A stretch of 64,000 bases of DNA from positions 2,304,001 through 2,368,000 of the forward strand of contig CBDBCY010000004.1 of the NCBI GenBank assembly GCA_965203555.1, in the 5' to 3' direction. Positions 37,084 through 47,713 of this stretch are shown here, in pieces. Positions within the stretch are counted from its first letter, which is position 1, and every line of letters begins with the position of its first letter. A program made the position numbers and the translations under genes. The notes below the pieces were generated by a model. The model had not been told where the DNA came from. It saw only the letters and a list, made by a program, of their open reading frames with translations, and did no database searches. This stretch comes from Acidimicrobiia bacterium. Lineage in GTDB: Bacteria; Actinomycetota; Acidimicrobiia; Spongiisociales; ZC4RG35.

Positions 37084-37935
37084 ATGCTCAAGAACGTGAC
37101 TCTCAAGACTCTGCGAGACCGCCGCCGTTCGCTCTTTTGGTGGGTGGTGGGCATCTTCGGCTACATGATTGGAATTGGGGCGATCTATCCCATCGTGCGA
37201 GAAAACCAGGACCAGTTCAGTGCATTGCTTGAGACATATCCAGACGAATTGCTGGCGATAATGGGCGTGGGAGGAGAGGAAAGCCTGTTCGATCCCGTGG
37301 GCTTCATGCGGGCGGAAGCCTTTGGATGGATCGTACCCCTGGTATTTGCCATCTACGGCGCGGTGCAGGGGGCTCGAGCCGTGGCCGGGGAGGAGGAGGC
37401 CGGCACCATCGACCTGGTGATGGCCACGCCGCTGTCCAGATTCGGGCTGGTCTGGCAGAAGTGGTTGGCGCTGGTGCTGGCCGAATTGGTGTTGGGTCTG
37501 GCCTTGTTGGTCTCGTTGGCGTTGGACAATGTGCTGTTCGGGATGGACATTCCTTTGGGCAACAGCGCAGCCGGCTGCTTTATGGCGGTCCTGCTGGGGG
37601 TGTTCTTCGGATCCTTGGCGCTGGCCGTGGGCGCAGGTACGGGTCTGCGCGGTTTGTCGGTGGGGGTGGTTACCTTGGTGGCGGCAGGTAGTTATCTGCT
37701 CAACTCACTGGGCGGGCTGGTGGAGGGTCTCGATACTCTGCAGCCACTCTCGCCCTTCTACTACTACGACGCCTCCAACCCGCTGCGTCACGGTCTTGAC
37801 GCCCAGCACGCCCTTGTCCTGGCAGGTCTCGCCGTCGTCCTGATGGGTATGGGTTTGCTGGCGGTCCGCCGACGGGATCTGGGCATCGGCGGAATCCGGT
37901 TGCCGATTCCCCGTATCGGAAAGGCGGCCGGTTGA
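37084..37935 (+). CDS. ABC-2 type permease
   Basis: 'AGEEEAGTIDLVMATPLSR', 'LSPFYYY', about six TM segments. Confidence 0.92.
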   Translation: MLKNVTLKTLRDRRRSLFWWVVGIFGYMIGIGAIYPIVRENQDQFSALLETYPDELLAIMGVGGEESLFDPVGFMRAEAFGWIVPLVFAIYGAVQGARAVAGEEEAGTIDLVMATPLSRFGLVWQKWLALVLAELVLGLALLVSLALDNVLFGMDIPLGNSAAGCFMAVLLGVFFGSLALAVGAGTGLRGLSVGVVTLVAAGSYLLNSLGGLVEGLDTLQPLSPFYYYDASNPLRHGLDAQHALVLAGLAVVLMGMGLLAVRRRDLGIGGIRLPIPRIGKAAG

Positions 37936-38044
37936 GTATCTCCCGCGGGATCGAGAGGTGGATCGGGTCCACCCGGCGCAGATGGCCGTCAGCACTCTCG
38001 ACAGACACCGCAGTGTGAAAAAAGCAAGCTCGGATGCTTCCATT

Positions 38045-38216
38045 CCGTCACAGGGACAACTCATATTGATAGAAGCCAAACACCGAGACTTTTCGTTCCG
38101 GCGTCGTTCGAACAGGTCGAGGGATCAACTCGCTTAAGAAGAAGCTCTGTTCCACGCTGGGCTAAGTCTGCTCAACCCATGGAAAGGCGGTGGCGGGGGT
38201 GGGAGCCCGTAAGGGC
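38045..38216 (+). repeat. Copy D of the dispersed structured non-coding element
   Basis: CCGTCACAG-8nt-CATATT; AAACACCGAGAC...CCGGCGTCGTTCG...TCGAGGGATCA; GGAAAGGCGGTGGCGGGGGTGGG; hairpin GCCCGTAAGGGC. Confidence 0.7.
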
Positions 38217-38700
38217 GGATTTTCGCGACCCGGATTTTCGCGATATTGCGTTGGCGGATCCACCGGTTGTGCGGGAAGCAAGCACTTCCTCGGTGTTCAC
38301 CCGCCCATCGCTGCCCGGTGGGTAGGATTTCGGCAATGCCACCCTTCGCCAAGGGCACCGAGTCGGCCCGGCCGGTCGATCCCGCAGGTCGTATTACCAG
38401 TCTCGATCTGATCCGGGGAGTGGCGGTGTTGGGCATTCTTGTTATGAACGTCGTTTCGTTCGGGCTGGGACCCGGTCCCTATTTCAACCTCTCCGCCGGG
38501 GGATCCCACACCGGGTTCGACTGGTTGATAGGGGGGTTCGGCGAGATTTTCGTGGACCCTGTTGGCGATCACTGAAAGTTCCCAGTCTCGATCACTGAAA
38601 GTTCCCACCTCCTGGGGGTAAATGCCCGTTGTTGGGTAGGGCTCTCTCCAAGCTAAGGGATTGTCACATTTCCTAGCTGTGGAGAGGAGCCCTGCCCTTT

Positions 38701-39999
38701 ATGTTGGTACTGGAGGAGTGCGTGGAAGTTCATGCTTTGAGGAGGCGGGGGTGGTCGATCTCGGCTATCGCCCGTCATGTTGGTAAGAGCCGCCGTACCG
38801 TGCGAGCGTATCTGTCGGGCGATCGGGTGCCCGGTCAGCGTGCCCGGGCGGGGGCGGATCTGTTTGATGAGTTCGAGGCGTATGTGCGGCAGCGGTTGTC
38901 TGATGATCCGCATGTGTGGGGGTCGGCGTTGTTCGACGAGGTGGTGGCTTTGGGCTATGAGCAGAGCTACCCGACGTTCGTGCGGAAGGTCCGTCTTCGG
39001 GGCCTGCGGCCGTTGTGTGGCGCCTGTGCGGGTACCAGGGGCCGGGCCACGGCGATCATCGATCATCCACCGGGTGAGGAGTGCCAGTGGGACTGGGTGG
39101 AGTTACGTGACACGCCGTGGGGAGCCACCGCTCATGTGCTGGTGGGTGTGCTGTCGCACTCGGGCGCTTTTCGGGCGTGGATCACGTCCCGCCAGGACCA
39201 ACCCCATTTGGTGGAGGGTCTTGACCAGGTGTTGAGACGACTGGAGGGTACCCCGCGGCGGTGGAGGGTGGATCGGATGGCGACCGTGGTCGCCGCCACC
39301 GGTCGTATCCAGCCGTCGTTCGTTGGGGTAGCCAAACATTATGGGGTGGTTGTTGACCCGTGCCCACCGCGCCGTCCTCAACGGAAAGGCGTGGTGGAAA
39401 AGGCCATCCACTATGTCTCTCAGCGGTGGTGGCGCACCGCAGCGGTGACCAGCATCGCCGAAGCACAGCACAGTCTGGACAGATTCTGCCAGACCGTGGG
39501 CGATCTTCGCCCACGGGGTGAGAGCACGGTGGGTGAGCTGGCCAAGACCGAGCCTCTCCTCGAGCTGCCCCTGGTGGCTTACCCGGCAGAAGGGACTTTG
39601 GAGCGCAGGGTGACATCCAACGGGCTGGTATCGGTACGCGGTAACCGATACTCGGTGCCACCAGGGGTGATAGGAACCCAGGTCACCGTCCGATGGAGGC
39701 TCGGTGACCCCACTATCAGCATGTTCTCGGCCAGTGGCCGGCTGGTCGCTACCCACCAGCAGGCACCCCGCGGTATGGGACGGGTGGTTCGGCTACCCGA
39801 ACACACCGCCGCTTTGGAGAACGTGGTCCTAGCCGAGTTCACCACCAAACCACCCTGCAAACCCAAACCCAACCGTCCGCCATCAGACGCGGCTTTGGCT
39901 ATCGCCGCCGGTATCGGAGACCTGTACACCGAAACGGTGATCGATCTGGAGGTGTACCAGCGGCACATCGACCAACAAAACCGAAAAGCGGGGCTGTGA
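38701..39999 (+). CDS. istA: IS21 transposase
   Basis: HTH 'GWSISAIARHVG', 'PGEECQWDW', 'DRM', 'PQRKGVVEK', 'GNRYSVP'. Confidence 0.95.
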   Translation: MLVLEECVEVHALRRRGWSISAIARHVGKSRRTVRAYLSGDRVPGQRARAGADLFDEFEAYVRQRLSDDPHVWGSALFDEVVALGYEQSYPTFVRKVRLRGLRPLCGACAGTRGRATAIIDHPPGEECQWDWVELRDTPWGATAHVLVGVLSHSGAFRAWITSRQDQPHLVEGLDQVLRRLEGTPRRWRVDRMATVVAATGRIQPSFVGVAKHYGVVVDPCPPRRPQRKGVVEKAIHYVSQRWWRTAAVTSIAEAQHSLDRFCQTVGDLRPRGESTVGELAKTEPLLELPLVAYPAEGTLERRVTSNGLVSVRGNRYSVPPGVIGTQVTVRWRLGDPTISMFSASGRLVATHQQAPRGMGRVVRLPEHTAALENVVLAEFTTKPPCKPKPNRPPSDAALAIAAGIGDLYTETVIDLEVYQRHIDQQNRKAGL

Positions 40000-40781
40000 T
40001 GAACCAATCGGTGTACCAACAGCTGCGAGGCCATCTGGCCTACCTCAACCTACCCGCCGCCGCCGAGGCGCTCCCCACCCACCTCGAACAGGCACGAACC
40101 AACCGTGAAAGCCACACCGAGTTCCTTGAAGGTCTACTTCGAGTAGAAGTCGAGACCACCGAACAGCGGCGATGGGAAACCCGTCTCAAACTGGCGAACT
40201 TCCCCACCAGATGGCAACTGGAAGACTTCGACTTCACCGCCCAACCCAGCGTCGACGAGAAACTGGTAAGAGAGCTGGTTACCGGGGCCTACCTGGCCGA
40301 TGCCTCCAACGTTTTGTTCATCGGACCGCCCGGCGTGGGCAAAACCATGCTGGCGGTCATCCTGGGCCGCGCCGCGGTAGACACCGGTCACAAGGTGTAC
40401 TACACCACCGCTGCGGACCTGGCGGCGCGGTGCCGCAAAGCCGCCCTACAAGGACGATGGGCCCAAACGTTGCGGTTCTTCAACACCCCCAAAGTGTTGA
40501 TCATCGACGAACTGGGCTATCTGCCCATGCCGGCAGAAGACGCCGCCACCCTGTTCCAGGTCATCTCCAGACGGTACGGAAAAGGGTCGATCATTCTCAC
40601 CACCAACCTCGGTGTCGCGTCGTGGGGAGAGATCTTCTCCGACCACACCATCGCCGCCGCCATGCTCGACCGGCTGCTCCACAAAAGCGTGGTGTTCACC
40701 ATCACCGGCGACAGCTACCGCCTGAGAAGCTACCAAGCCCAAGCCCGAAAACACCGACCGAAAGGAGACCTGCTAGCCTAA
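39999..40781 (+). CDS. istB: IS21 helper ATPase
   Basis: 'LEDFDFTAQP', 'GPPGVGKT', 'LIIDELGYLP', 'AMLDRLLH', 'GDSYRL'. Confidence 0.95.
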   Translation: MNQSVYQQLRGHLAYLNLPAAAEALPTHLEQARTNRESHTEFLEGLLRVEVETTEQRRWETRLKLANFPTRWQLEDFDFTAQPSVDEKLVRELVTGAYLADASNVLFIGPPGVGKTMLAVILGRAAVDTGHKVYYTTAADLAARCRKAALQGRWAQTLRFFNTPKVLIIDELGYLPMPAEDAATLFQVISRRYGKGSIILTTNLGVASWGEIFSDHTIAAAMLDRLLHKSVVFTITGDSYRLRSYQAQARKHRPKGDLLA

Positions 40782-41790
40782 AACCACCCAACCCAGGGTG
40801 GGAACTTTCGCTGATCGACTCTGGGTACTTTCGATGATCGTCATCAACCAGAAGTTCATGGGGCTCTTCTCGGTGCTCTTCGGGGCCGGTATCGTCCTGT
40901 TCTGCGACCGGGCATCCGGGAGAACCAAACGCCCGGAGGCTCTCAGCCTCTGGCGCAATCTTCTCCTATTGGGGATAGGCGCTGTTCACTTTCTGATGTG
41001 GGACGGTGACATTCTGATCGGCTACGCACTCGTCTCCCCGGTGATCATTCTCTTACGCAACCGGTCTACCCGGACCCTGCTTGTCCTTGGCGGTTCCTTG
41101 GTGCTGTTGTCGCCCCTTTCCGCGGTGTTGCTCCAGTCCTCCCTCCCGGGTGACGGCAGTGGGCTGGGAGCATTGTGGAACGCCTCGGGGGAGATGACCG
41201 ACGCGGCCCAGTTCTTCATCCTTGCGGATTTTCTGTCCCGCGCGGTGGGGATGATGTTGATCGGCGTGGCGCTCTACCGCAACGGAGTGCTGACGGGCGC
41301 ACGCCCATCGGCCTTCTATCGGCGGTCGGCCGCCGTCGGTTTGGGAGTGGGACTGCCGATGGCGGCTTTGGGGCTGGCCTGGGTGGTGATCGAAGACTTC
41401 TCACCTCAAGTGGCCCTGATCGGGACCATTCCCAATACGCTGGGCACGGTTCCGGCGGTGATCGGCTATCTCAGTCTCATAGTTCTCTGGAACCGCCGCC
41501 CGGAGACTTCCCTTCACAGGCGTTTGCGTGCGGCGGGGCGGATGGCGCTGACCAACTATCTGGCCCAGACCATCTTGGGAGTCCTGGTCCTGGGGCAGCT
41601 ACTGGTCGACGTTTCCCTGACCCGGACCATGCTGGCTGCATTCGTCGTGGTCGTGTGGCTGCTGCAGGTCTGGTGGTCCTCTGCCTGGCTCGATCGCTTC
41701 CGCTTCGGTCCGGCCGAATGGATGTGGAGGGTGGCTACCTACCGACGGTTCCAGCCCCTGCGTAGGCAAGAATCCACCAGAGCCTGACGA

Positions 41791-42516
41791 TCAGGTACTG
41801 GCCAGTTCCTCGATCAGATCATTGCGAATCTGGTTGGCCAAGGGTCTGCTTTGGCGGCTGTCCTTTCTGGTGAGGGCAATTGGAGGCATCACCGTCACGC
41901 TCACCGGCCCTCCTTTGATCACCCACGACTGAGGAGGCCAGATGGCGCCGGTACCGGAGACTGCAACCGGCAGCACCGGACAGCCCACCTGGGAGGCGAT
42001 GAAGAAGGCGCCGTATTTGAACGGCAGCATTTTTCCGGTGAGGCTGCGGGTCCCTTCGGGGAAGATCACCAGGGACCGCCCCTCCGACACCAGTAACCGG
42101 GTGCTGCGAATGATGGACGCCAGTTCCTTGCGTCCCATGTCCCGGTCCAGGGGCACCATTCCCACTCCCCGCATGGCAGCGCCCAACAACGGGAAGTCGA
42201 GCACTTCCTTCTTGGACAGGAACCTGATGGGAATGGGCAGGGCATTGACCAGAGTCATAATGTCGATGTTGGAGCGATGGTTGGCTACCACGATGTAGGA
42301 GGTGTCCCTCTCGATGTTCTCCAGCCCCCTTACTTCCAACCGGATACCCGACACTGTGACCCAAAGCCTGCCGAAGCCGCTCAAGATACGCTCCCCGAAC
42401 GGGCCTCTGGGTCGGATCGCCGAGGAGATGACCGCCGCCAGGGCAAGGCCCACGGTGCCGAGTCCGGCCACCAGGTAAGTGATCAGGCTGCGAAGGGTGG
42501 TCCACGCCGTTCTCAT
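41791..42516 (-). CDS. plsC: 1-acyl-sn-glycerol-3-phosphate acyltransferase
   Basis: 'NHRSNID', 'FPEGTRS', 'PFKYGAF'. Confidence 0.9.
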   Translation of the reverse strand: MRTAWTTLRSLITYLVAGLGTVGLALAAVISSAIRPRGPFGERILSGFGRLWVTVSGIRLEVRGLENIERDTSYIVVANHRSNIDIMTLVNALPIPIRFLSKKEVLDFPLLGAAMRGVGMVPLDRDMGRKELASIIRSTRLLVSEGRSLVIFPEGTRSLTGKMLPFKYGAFFIASQVGCPVLPVAVSGTGAIWPPQSWVIKGGPVSVTVMPPIALTRKDSRQSRPLANQIRNDLIEELAST

Positions 42517-42548
42517 CGATCTAAGGCTAAACCCCCTAAGTCGCTACC

Positions 42549-43115
42549 TTGTGCGATGTGAGACGCACGGATACCAAGTCCTTTTTTCGGACCAGGGCGC
42601 GGGGGCAGTCTGCACCTACAGGAGGCGAGTCCCAGCGAGTGTGTGAACATGTGACAGAGTGGCTTGGCGCCCGAACGCCCGCTCCCACGCTGGTGTGGAT
42701 CGCCATGCCCGGCGAACTGGATCTCAGCCCGGTGGTGGAGGCCCTTCCCCAGATAGAGTGGCTAACCACCCGTACGCCGTCATCGGGGCCCTTGACCGTG
42801 CATTCCTATCACTCCCGAAACGAACTTCATCGCTTCGGGTTTCGCCAGCCCGTGGCTACATCTCCGCTGGTATCTGCAGAGGACATCGGAGTCGTGCTGG
42901 CGCCTGGCCTGGTATTCGACCGCCGGGGGGGAAGGCTCGGCTGGGGAAAGGGCTACTACGACCGCCTACTGGCCCTGCTGGCCCCCGGCGTCCCGCGAGT
43001 CGGCGTTACCCTCGAACGCCTCCTGGTCGATCTGGTTCCCCAAGAGCCCCACGACATCCCCATGACCCATCTCGTCACCGACCTGGGAGAACGACGACTC
43101 GACTCGCCCGGTTAA
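42549..43115 (+). CDS. 5-formyltetrahydrofolate cyclo-ligase
   Basis: 'PGLVFDRRGGRLGWGKGYYDRLL', 'EPHDIPM'. Start uncertain. Confidence 0.9.
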   Translation: MCDVRRTDTKSFFRTRARGQSAPTGGESQRVCEHVTEWLGARTPAPTLVWIAMPGELDLSPVVEALPQIEWLTTRTPSSGPLTVHSYHSRNELHRFGFRQPVATSPLVSAEDIGVVLAPGLVFDRRGGRLGWGKGYYDRLLALLAPGVPRVGVTLERLLVDLVPQEPHDIPMTHLVTDLGERRLDSPG

Positions 43116-43203
43116 AGGCGCCCCTGCTTGGAACTGTGACATTGGTGTTTTTTCCGGCCTTGCCGCGGAATGGCAAAAAAGCGGGCCGTTGCGGGGTTGA
43201 TTT

Positions 43204-43400
43204 GTGTCCCACCGATGGTTCATACTGACAGCAAGCAAACACCGAGACGGTCCGTCCCGGCGTCGTTCGGACCGCATCGAGGGATCACATGGTCTTATCA
43301 ATGGGAACTGTTCCGGCTCCGCCGGGCAGCCTGACCCGAGCCTGGACAGAACCCATTTGACCCGAGGAAAGGTGGAGGCGGGGGAGGGCCCGGTAACGGG
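43204..43400 (+). repeat. Copy E of the dispersed structured non-coding element
   Basis: GTGTCCCAC-8nt-CATACT; AAACACCGAGAC...CCGGCGTCGTTCG...TCGAGGGATCA; GGAAAGGTGGAGGCGGGGGAGGG; hairpin CCCGGTAACGGG. Confidence 0.7.
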
Positions 43401-43515
43401 AGGGTTCTCGGCTGATTTTTCCGTCGTTGATTATCGCCAAGTGGTAACTATATAAACGAGGACGGGGTGGTCGTCCGACTCTCGCCGTGCTGCTGAACGC
43501 TGAGGCGGTGCTGTC

Positions 43516-44577
43516 CTACACGACTCCGACGGCTTCGACGATCCAGCGGCCTATCTCGGAGGTGGAGGCGCCCATCCGGGGTCCCCCCATCGCTCCCAAT
43601 TCCGGCAGGACTCCGGCGGCCGCCTCCTCTATTTTCACAGCCGCCTCTTTCTCTCCCAGGTAATCCAGGCACATGGCGGCGGTGAGTACTGCTGCCACCG
43701 GGTTGGCCCATCCGGTGCCCACAATGTCGGGGGCGCTTCCGTGAACAGGCTCGAACAGGGAGGGAAAATCGCCGGTGGGATTGAGATTGCCGCTCGCCGC
43801 CAAGCCGATCCCGCCGGCTATGGCCGCTCCCAGATCAGTGAGGATGTCGCCGAAGATGTTGTCGGTCACCATCACGTCGAAACGCTGGGGACTTTGGATG
43901 AGGTGTATGCAGGCTGCATCGGCATGCACGTAATCCACCTCCACCTCCGGATACTCGACTGCCACCTCGTCCGTGGTCCGTTGCCACAGGTCCCCGGCGT
44001 AATTGAGTACGTTGGTCTTGTGACACATGGTCAGTCGACGGTCCCGACTCATGGCCCGCTCGAAGGCATAGCGGACTATGCGTTCGGTTCCTCTCCGGGT
44101 ATTGACCGAGTTTTGATTGGCAATCTCGTGGGCAGTTCCCTTGTGGAGGAACCCGCCGCTTCCCGAGTACAGACCCTCGGTGTTTTCTCTCATCACTTCC
44201 AAGTCGCACTGTTCCGGAGCAAGGCCGGCTATCGCGCTGGGAACCCCCGGGTAAAGCTTGACAGGCCGAAAATTCACGTAGAGATCGAAGTCGAACCGCA
44301 ACCTCAGCAACAGTCCCCTCTCCAGGATGCCGGGCGCTACCTGGGGGGTTCCCACCGCGCCCAGAAGTATCGCGTCGTGCTCGGCAAGTTCGTCCTGAAC
44401 CGAATCGGGCAACACCTCCCCGGTGCCGAGGTAACGCCGGCTGCCCAAGTCGTAGTCGGTGAGATCGATCTTGAATCCGAATCTGGCCGATGCCGCCTCC
44501 AGGGCGCTCACCGCACAGGCTGTGACCTCCGGGCCGATCCCGTCACCGGCGATCACTGCCAACCGGTAGCTATTCAT
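43516..44577 (-). CDS. leuB: 3-isopropylmalate dehydrogenase
   Basis: '[10 protein letters not shown]', 'RENTEGLY', 'NIFGDILTD', '[11 protein letters not shown]'. Confidence 0.93.
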   Translation of the reverse strand: MNSYRLAVIAGDGIGPEVTACAVSALEAASARFGFKIDLTDYDLGSRRYLGTGEVLPDSVQDELAEHDAILLGAVGTPQVAPGILERGLLLRLRFDFDLYVNFRPVKLYPGVPSAIAGLAPEQCDLEVMRENTEGLYSGSGGFLHKGTAHEIANQNSVNTRRGTERIVRYAFERAMSRDRRLTMCHKTNVLNYAGDLWQRTTDEVAVEYPEVEVDYVHADAACIHLIQSPQRFDVMVTDNIFGDILTDLGAAIAGGIGLAASGNLNPTGDFPSLFEPVHGSAPDIVGTGWANPVAAVLTAAMCLDYLGEKEAAVKIEEAAAGVLPELGAMGGPRMGASTSEIGRWIVEAVGVV

Positions 44578-44593
44578 AGTGAGACCCTCCCGG

Positions 44594-44938
44594 TTACAGC
44601 AGTTCCTCGGCGATGTCGCCGAAGATCCCTGGACGCTGTGGCGCCTCCGCCAAACCATAGACCGGTCTTTCCTGCAGGTCCCTGTGCCGGGGTATTGGCG
44701 GTTTGCTCTTTGCGGCAGGGGATTGAGGCGGAGGCTGGCGGGTGAAGTTCAGTTCGAGCCCCAATTCGTTCGCCAGCGCCAGGAGGCTTGATACTCGCAT
44801 GTCCACCGCACAGTTCTCGATGCGGGAGATCTGCGCTTGGGTAAGACCCGATCTCTGGCTCAGTTCCCGCTGGCTCAACCCCAGACCGCAGCGCGCCTCC
44901 TGCAGTATCTTTGCTATACGCGAGTTCCCTTGGCTCAT
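44594..44938 (-). CDS. XRE-family HTH protein (HipB-like)
   Basis: '[31 protein letters not shown]...[14 protein letters not shown]'. Confidence 0.85.
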   Translation of the reverse strand: MSQGNSRIAKILQEARCGLGLSQRELSQRSGLTQAQISRIENCAVDMRVSSLLALANELGLELNFTRQPPPQSPAAKSKPPIPRHRDLQERPVYGLAEAPQRPGIFGDIAEELL

Positions 44939-45046
44939 ACCAATACAAGATAGCATATACACTCGGTCCGTTCACGCTCATAACAACCCTTTGTTAACGA
45001 TACAGTTTTAGATATCGAGAGTCGACAATGGGGACGGGGGGTACCT

Positions 45047-46561
45047 TCACTTTGCACCGATGGCTCTGTTCAAGGCATCAACGAAGGCCTCTGCCGAACC
45101 CTCCACCACGTCGGTGGAGACGCCCTTTCCCGAAAAGGTGTTGTCGCCCACTCGGACCACCACATTCACCTCCGCCATGGCGTCGGCGCCGGAGGTGATC
45201 GGCACCACCCGGTAGTCGACCAGGCGGGCTTTGACGCCAAAGCACTGCCTGATTGCCGAAAAGGCCGCGTGGACCATTCCCCCGCCGTGTCCCGTGTATT
45301 CGGATAAGACCCCTGCTCGGGACAGCGTCACCACCGCGGTGGGAGTGGTGTCATGTCCGCCGGAGACATTGATTCCCACCATCTCGACTTCGGCAGCCGG
45401 CAATCCGGACGGTCCGGATGTTGCAATAGCCCGCAGCTCCTCTTCGCCGATCTCCAGTTTCCGGTCGGCCATGGCCTTGAACTTGGCGAATGCCTGGTTG
45501 AATTCGTCCTCTTCCAAAGAGATTTCCAGGTTCTTCAGAGCGTCGGCGAATCCGGCCCGGCCCGAGTGCTTGCCAAGCACGATCTGGGCGCCCCGCTGAC
45601 CGATGGCCTCGGCGCTCATGATTTCATAGGTTTCGCGGTCCCGGAGCACTCCGTGCTGGTGGATGCCGGACTCGTGGGCGAAGGCGTTGCGTCCCACCAC
45701 CGCCTTATTGAATTGCACGGGATAGCCGGTGAGTTGTGAGACCAACCGGGAAGTGTCGAAGATCTGGGTGGTGTCCGCTCCGACCTCGACACCGAACACG
45801 TCTTGGCGTGTCTTGACAGCCATGATGATCTCCTCGATAGAGGTGTTGCCTGCTCGTTCCCCTATGCCGTTTATGGCCCCTTCTATCTGTCGGGCGCCCG
45901 CCGAGATGGCGGACAGGGAATTGGCCACCGCCAGGCCCAGGTCATTGTGGCAGTGAACGGAGATGGTGACGTCCCTTCGGTCACCGCGCACCTCCGCGTA
46001 GATCCTTTTCATCAGGTCGATGAAGTCGGCCGGTGTGGCGTATCCGACGGTATCGGGGATGTTGATGGTGGTGGCGCCCGCTTCCACCGCCGCCCGGCAC
46101 ACATCAACCAGGAACCGATATTCGGAACGGGTGGCGTCCTGGGGCGAGAACTCCACGTCGTCGGTGTAACGGCGCGCCCGTCGGACCCCTTCGATCGAGG
46201 CTTGTAGCACCTCCGAGGGGGTCATGCGCAGCATCCGTTCCATGTGGATTGGAGAGGTGGACATGAAGACGTGGATCCGGGCGCGGTCGGCATGTCGCAG
46301 TGCATCCCAGGCTTGGTCGATGTCACCGGGATGAGCGCGGGCCAGGCTGGCGATTACCGGCCCCTTCACTTCGGTGGCGATTCTGGACACCGCCTGGAAA
46401 TCGCCTGACGATGACGCGGCGAACCCGGCCTCCAGGACATCCACTTGCAGGCGGGCCAGTTGATGGGCGATGGTGACTTTTTCGTCGGGAGTCAGTGCGA
46501 TTCCGGGGGCTTGTTCCCCGTCACGCAGGGTCGTGTCGAAGATGATCAATCGGTCGGACAT
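45047..46561 (-). CDS. leuA: 2-isopropylmalate synthase
   Basis: 'FDTTLRDGEQAPG', 'HCHNDLGLAVANS', 'GIGERAGN', 'HESGIHQHG', 'LGKHSGR'. Confidence 0.96.
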   Translation of the reverse strand: MSDRLIIFDTTLRDGEQAPGIALTPDEKVTIAHQLARLQVDVLEAGFAASSSGDFQAVSRIATEVKGPVIASLARAHPGDIDQAWDALRHADRARIHVFMSTSPIHMERMLRMTPSEVLQASIEGVRRARRYTDDVEFSPQDATRSEYRFLVDVCRAAVEAGATTINIPDTVGYATPADFIDLMKRIYAEVRGDRRDVTISVHCHNDLGLAVANSLSAISAGARQIEGAINGIGERAGNTSIEEIIMAVKTRQDVFGVEVGADTTQIFDTSRLVSQLTGYPVQFNKAVVGRNAFAHESGIHQHGVLRDRETYEIMSAEAIGQRGAQIVLGKHSGRAGFADALKNLEISLEEDEFNQAFAKFKAMADRKLEIGEEELRAIATSGPSGLPAAEVEMVGINVSGGHDTTPTAVVTLSRAGVLSEYTGHGGGMVHAAFSAIRQCFGVKARLVDYRVVPITSGADAMAEVNVVVRVGDNTFSGKGVSTDVVEGSAEAFVDALNRAIGAK

Positions 46562-46693
46562 GTCTTCGGGGCTCCTGGTTGTCTAGTGGCGTGCTGAGCT
46601 AAGTGGTGTGAAGGCCGGGCCGGCGGGAACCGCCGCCCGGCCGGGTCAGCGCCAGACAACCGCGGCGTCGAACCGTCGAAGAGCAAACGTGAA

Positions 46694-47698
46694 TCATCCC
46701 GGTGTCTTGGGATCCAGGAAGGGCATCATCTGCCTCAGTTCCCGTCCGATCTGCTCGATAGGATGAGACTGGTTGGCGGCCCGCTGCTCCAACAGGAAGG
46801 GTGCTCCTTCCCGGGCTTGGGCCATCCACTCCCGGGCGAAAGCGCCGGATTGGATCTCGGCCAGAACCCGCTTCATTTCGGCGCGGCTCTCGTCGGTGAT
46901 GATCCGAGCGCCCCGGGTGTAGTCGCCGTATTCGGCGGTGTCGGAGATCGAATAGCGCATCCAGGAGAGTCCTCCCTCATACAGGAGGTCCACGATGAGC
47001 TTCAGTTCGTGAAGAGTCTCGAAGTAAGCCGACTCGGGTTCGTAGCCGGCTTCCACCAGGGTTTCATAAGAGGCCTTGATCAACTGCGACACGCCGCCGC
47101 ACAGGATTACCTGCTCCCCGAACAGATCGGTCTCGGTTTCCTCCCGGAAAGTCGTTTGCAGCACGCCCGCCCTGGCCCCTCCGATTCCCCACGAGTAGGA
47201 CATTCCCAGATCGAAAGCCCCGCCGGTGGCGTCCTGGTGGATAGCCAGCAGACAGGGAACCCCCGATCCTTCGGTATAGGTGCGACGCACCAGGTGACCC
47301 GGCCCCTTGGGCGCCACCATCAGCACGTCCAGTTCCTCCGATGGCACGATCTCTCCGAAGTGGATGTTGAAACCGTGGGCGAACAGCAAAGCATTTCCAG
47401 GCGCCATCCGTTCGGCGATCCGCTGGTTGTAGAAGTCGGCCATCAGTTGGTCGGGGACCAGCATGGTCACCACGTCGGCCCACTCGGCGGCATCGGGAGG
47501 ATCCATGACCTCCAACCCGTCCGACCGCGCCTGCGCTCTCCGGGCCGAACCGGGTCGAAGCCCCACCACCACGTCGACTCCCGACTCCGAAAGATTGAGG
47601 GCATGGGCATGGCCCTGGCTGCCGTAACCGATCACGGCCACCTTGCGCCCCTTGATTACCCCCGGATCTGCATCCTTGTCATAGAAGATCTCAGCCAT
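46694..47698 (-). CDS. ilvC: Ketol-acid reductoisomerase
   Basis: '[14 protein letters not shown]', 'APKGPGH', '[10 protein letters not shown]', 'SISDTAEYG'. Confidence 0.97.
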   Translation of the reverse strand: MAEIFYDKDADPGVIKGRKVAVIGYGSQGHAHALNLSESGVDVVVGLRPGSARRAQARSDGLEVMDPPDAAEWADVVTMLVPDQLMADFYNQRIAERMAPGNALLFAHGFNIHFGEIVPSEELDVLMVAPKGPGHLVRRTYTEGSGVPCLLAIHQDATGGAFDLGMSYSWGIGGARAGVLQTTFREETETDLFGEQVILCGGVSQLIKASYETLVEAGYEPESAYFETLHELKLIVDLLYEGGLSWMRYSISDTAEYGDYTRGARIITDESRAEMKRVLAEIQSGAFAREWMAQAREGAPFLLEQRAANQSHPIEQIGRELRQMMPFLDPKTPG

Positions 47699-47713
47699 TT
47701 AGCTTCTCACCGC

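Larger units (their letters stand above)
38560..40846 (+). mobile_element. IS21-family insertion sequence (2287 bp)
   Basis: TG...CA ends. IRL TGTTGGCGATCACTGAAAGTTCCCAG with an internal repeat of CGATCACTGAAAGTTCCCA. IRR CTGGGTACTTTCGATGATCGTCATCA. Flanks ACCC / ACCA (imperfect target duplication). Confidence 0.93.
38336..41787 (+). pseudogene. DUF418 (YeiB-like) membrane protein interrupted by IS21
   Basis: 'RITSLDLIRGVAVLGILVMN...EIFVD' before 38560, then 'QKFMGLFSVLFGAG...GRMALTNYLAQT...FRFGPAEW' after 40846. Confidence 0.9.

Noticed and set aside
38186-38212. G-tract as a hexa-glycine small peptide
   Set aside because: In copies D and E the Gly frame has an in-frame stop shortly upstream and no ATG/GTG/TTG start.
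38567-38608. CRISPR-like direct repeats (CGATCACTGAAAGTTCCCA twice)
   Set aside because: These are the transposase-binding repeats of the IS21 left end. There are no spacers and no cas genes.
43371-43410. tmRNA/tRNA 3'-end attachment site or group II intron domain VI
   Set aside because: The reverse complement CCCCCGCCTCCACC and the GGTAAC loop are suggestive, but there is no T-loop GTTCRA, no domain V, and no integrase or reverse transcriptase.
46562-46693. leuA attenuator or leader peptide
   Set aside because: A GC-rich hairpin is present (~46613-46643), but there is no Leu-rich leader ORF or U-tract.
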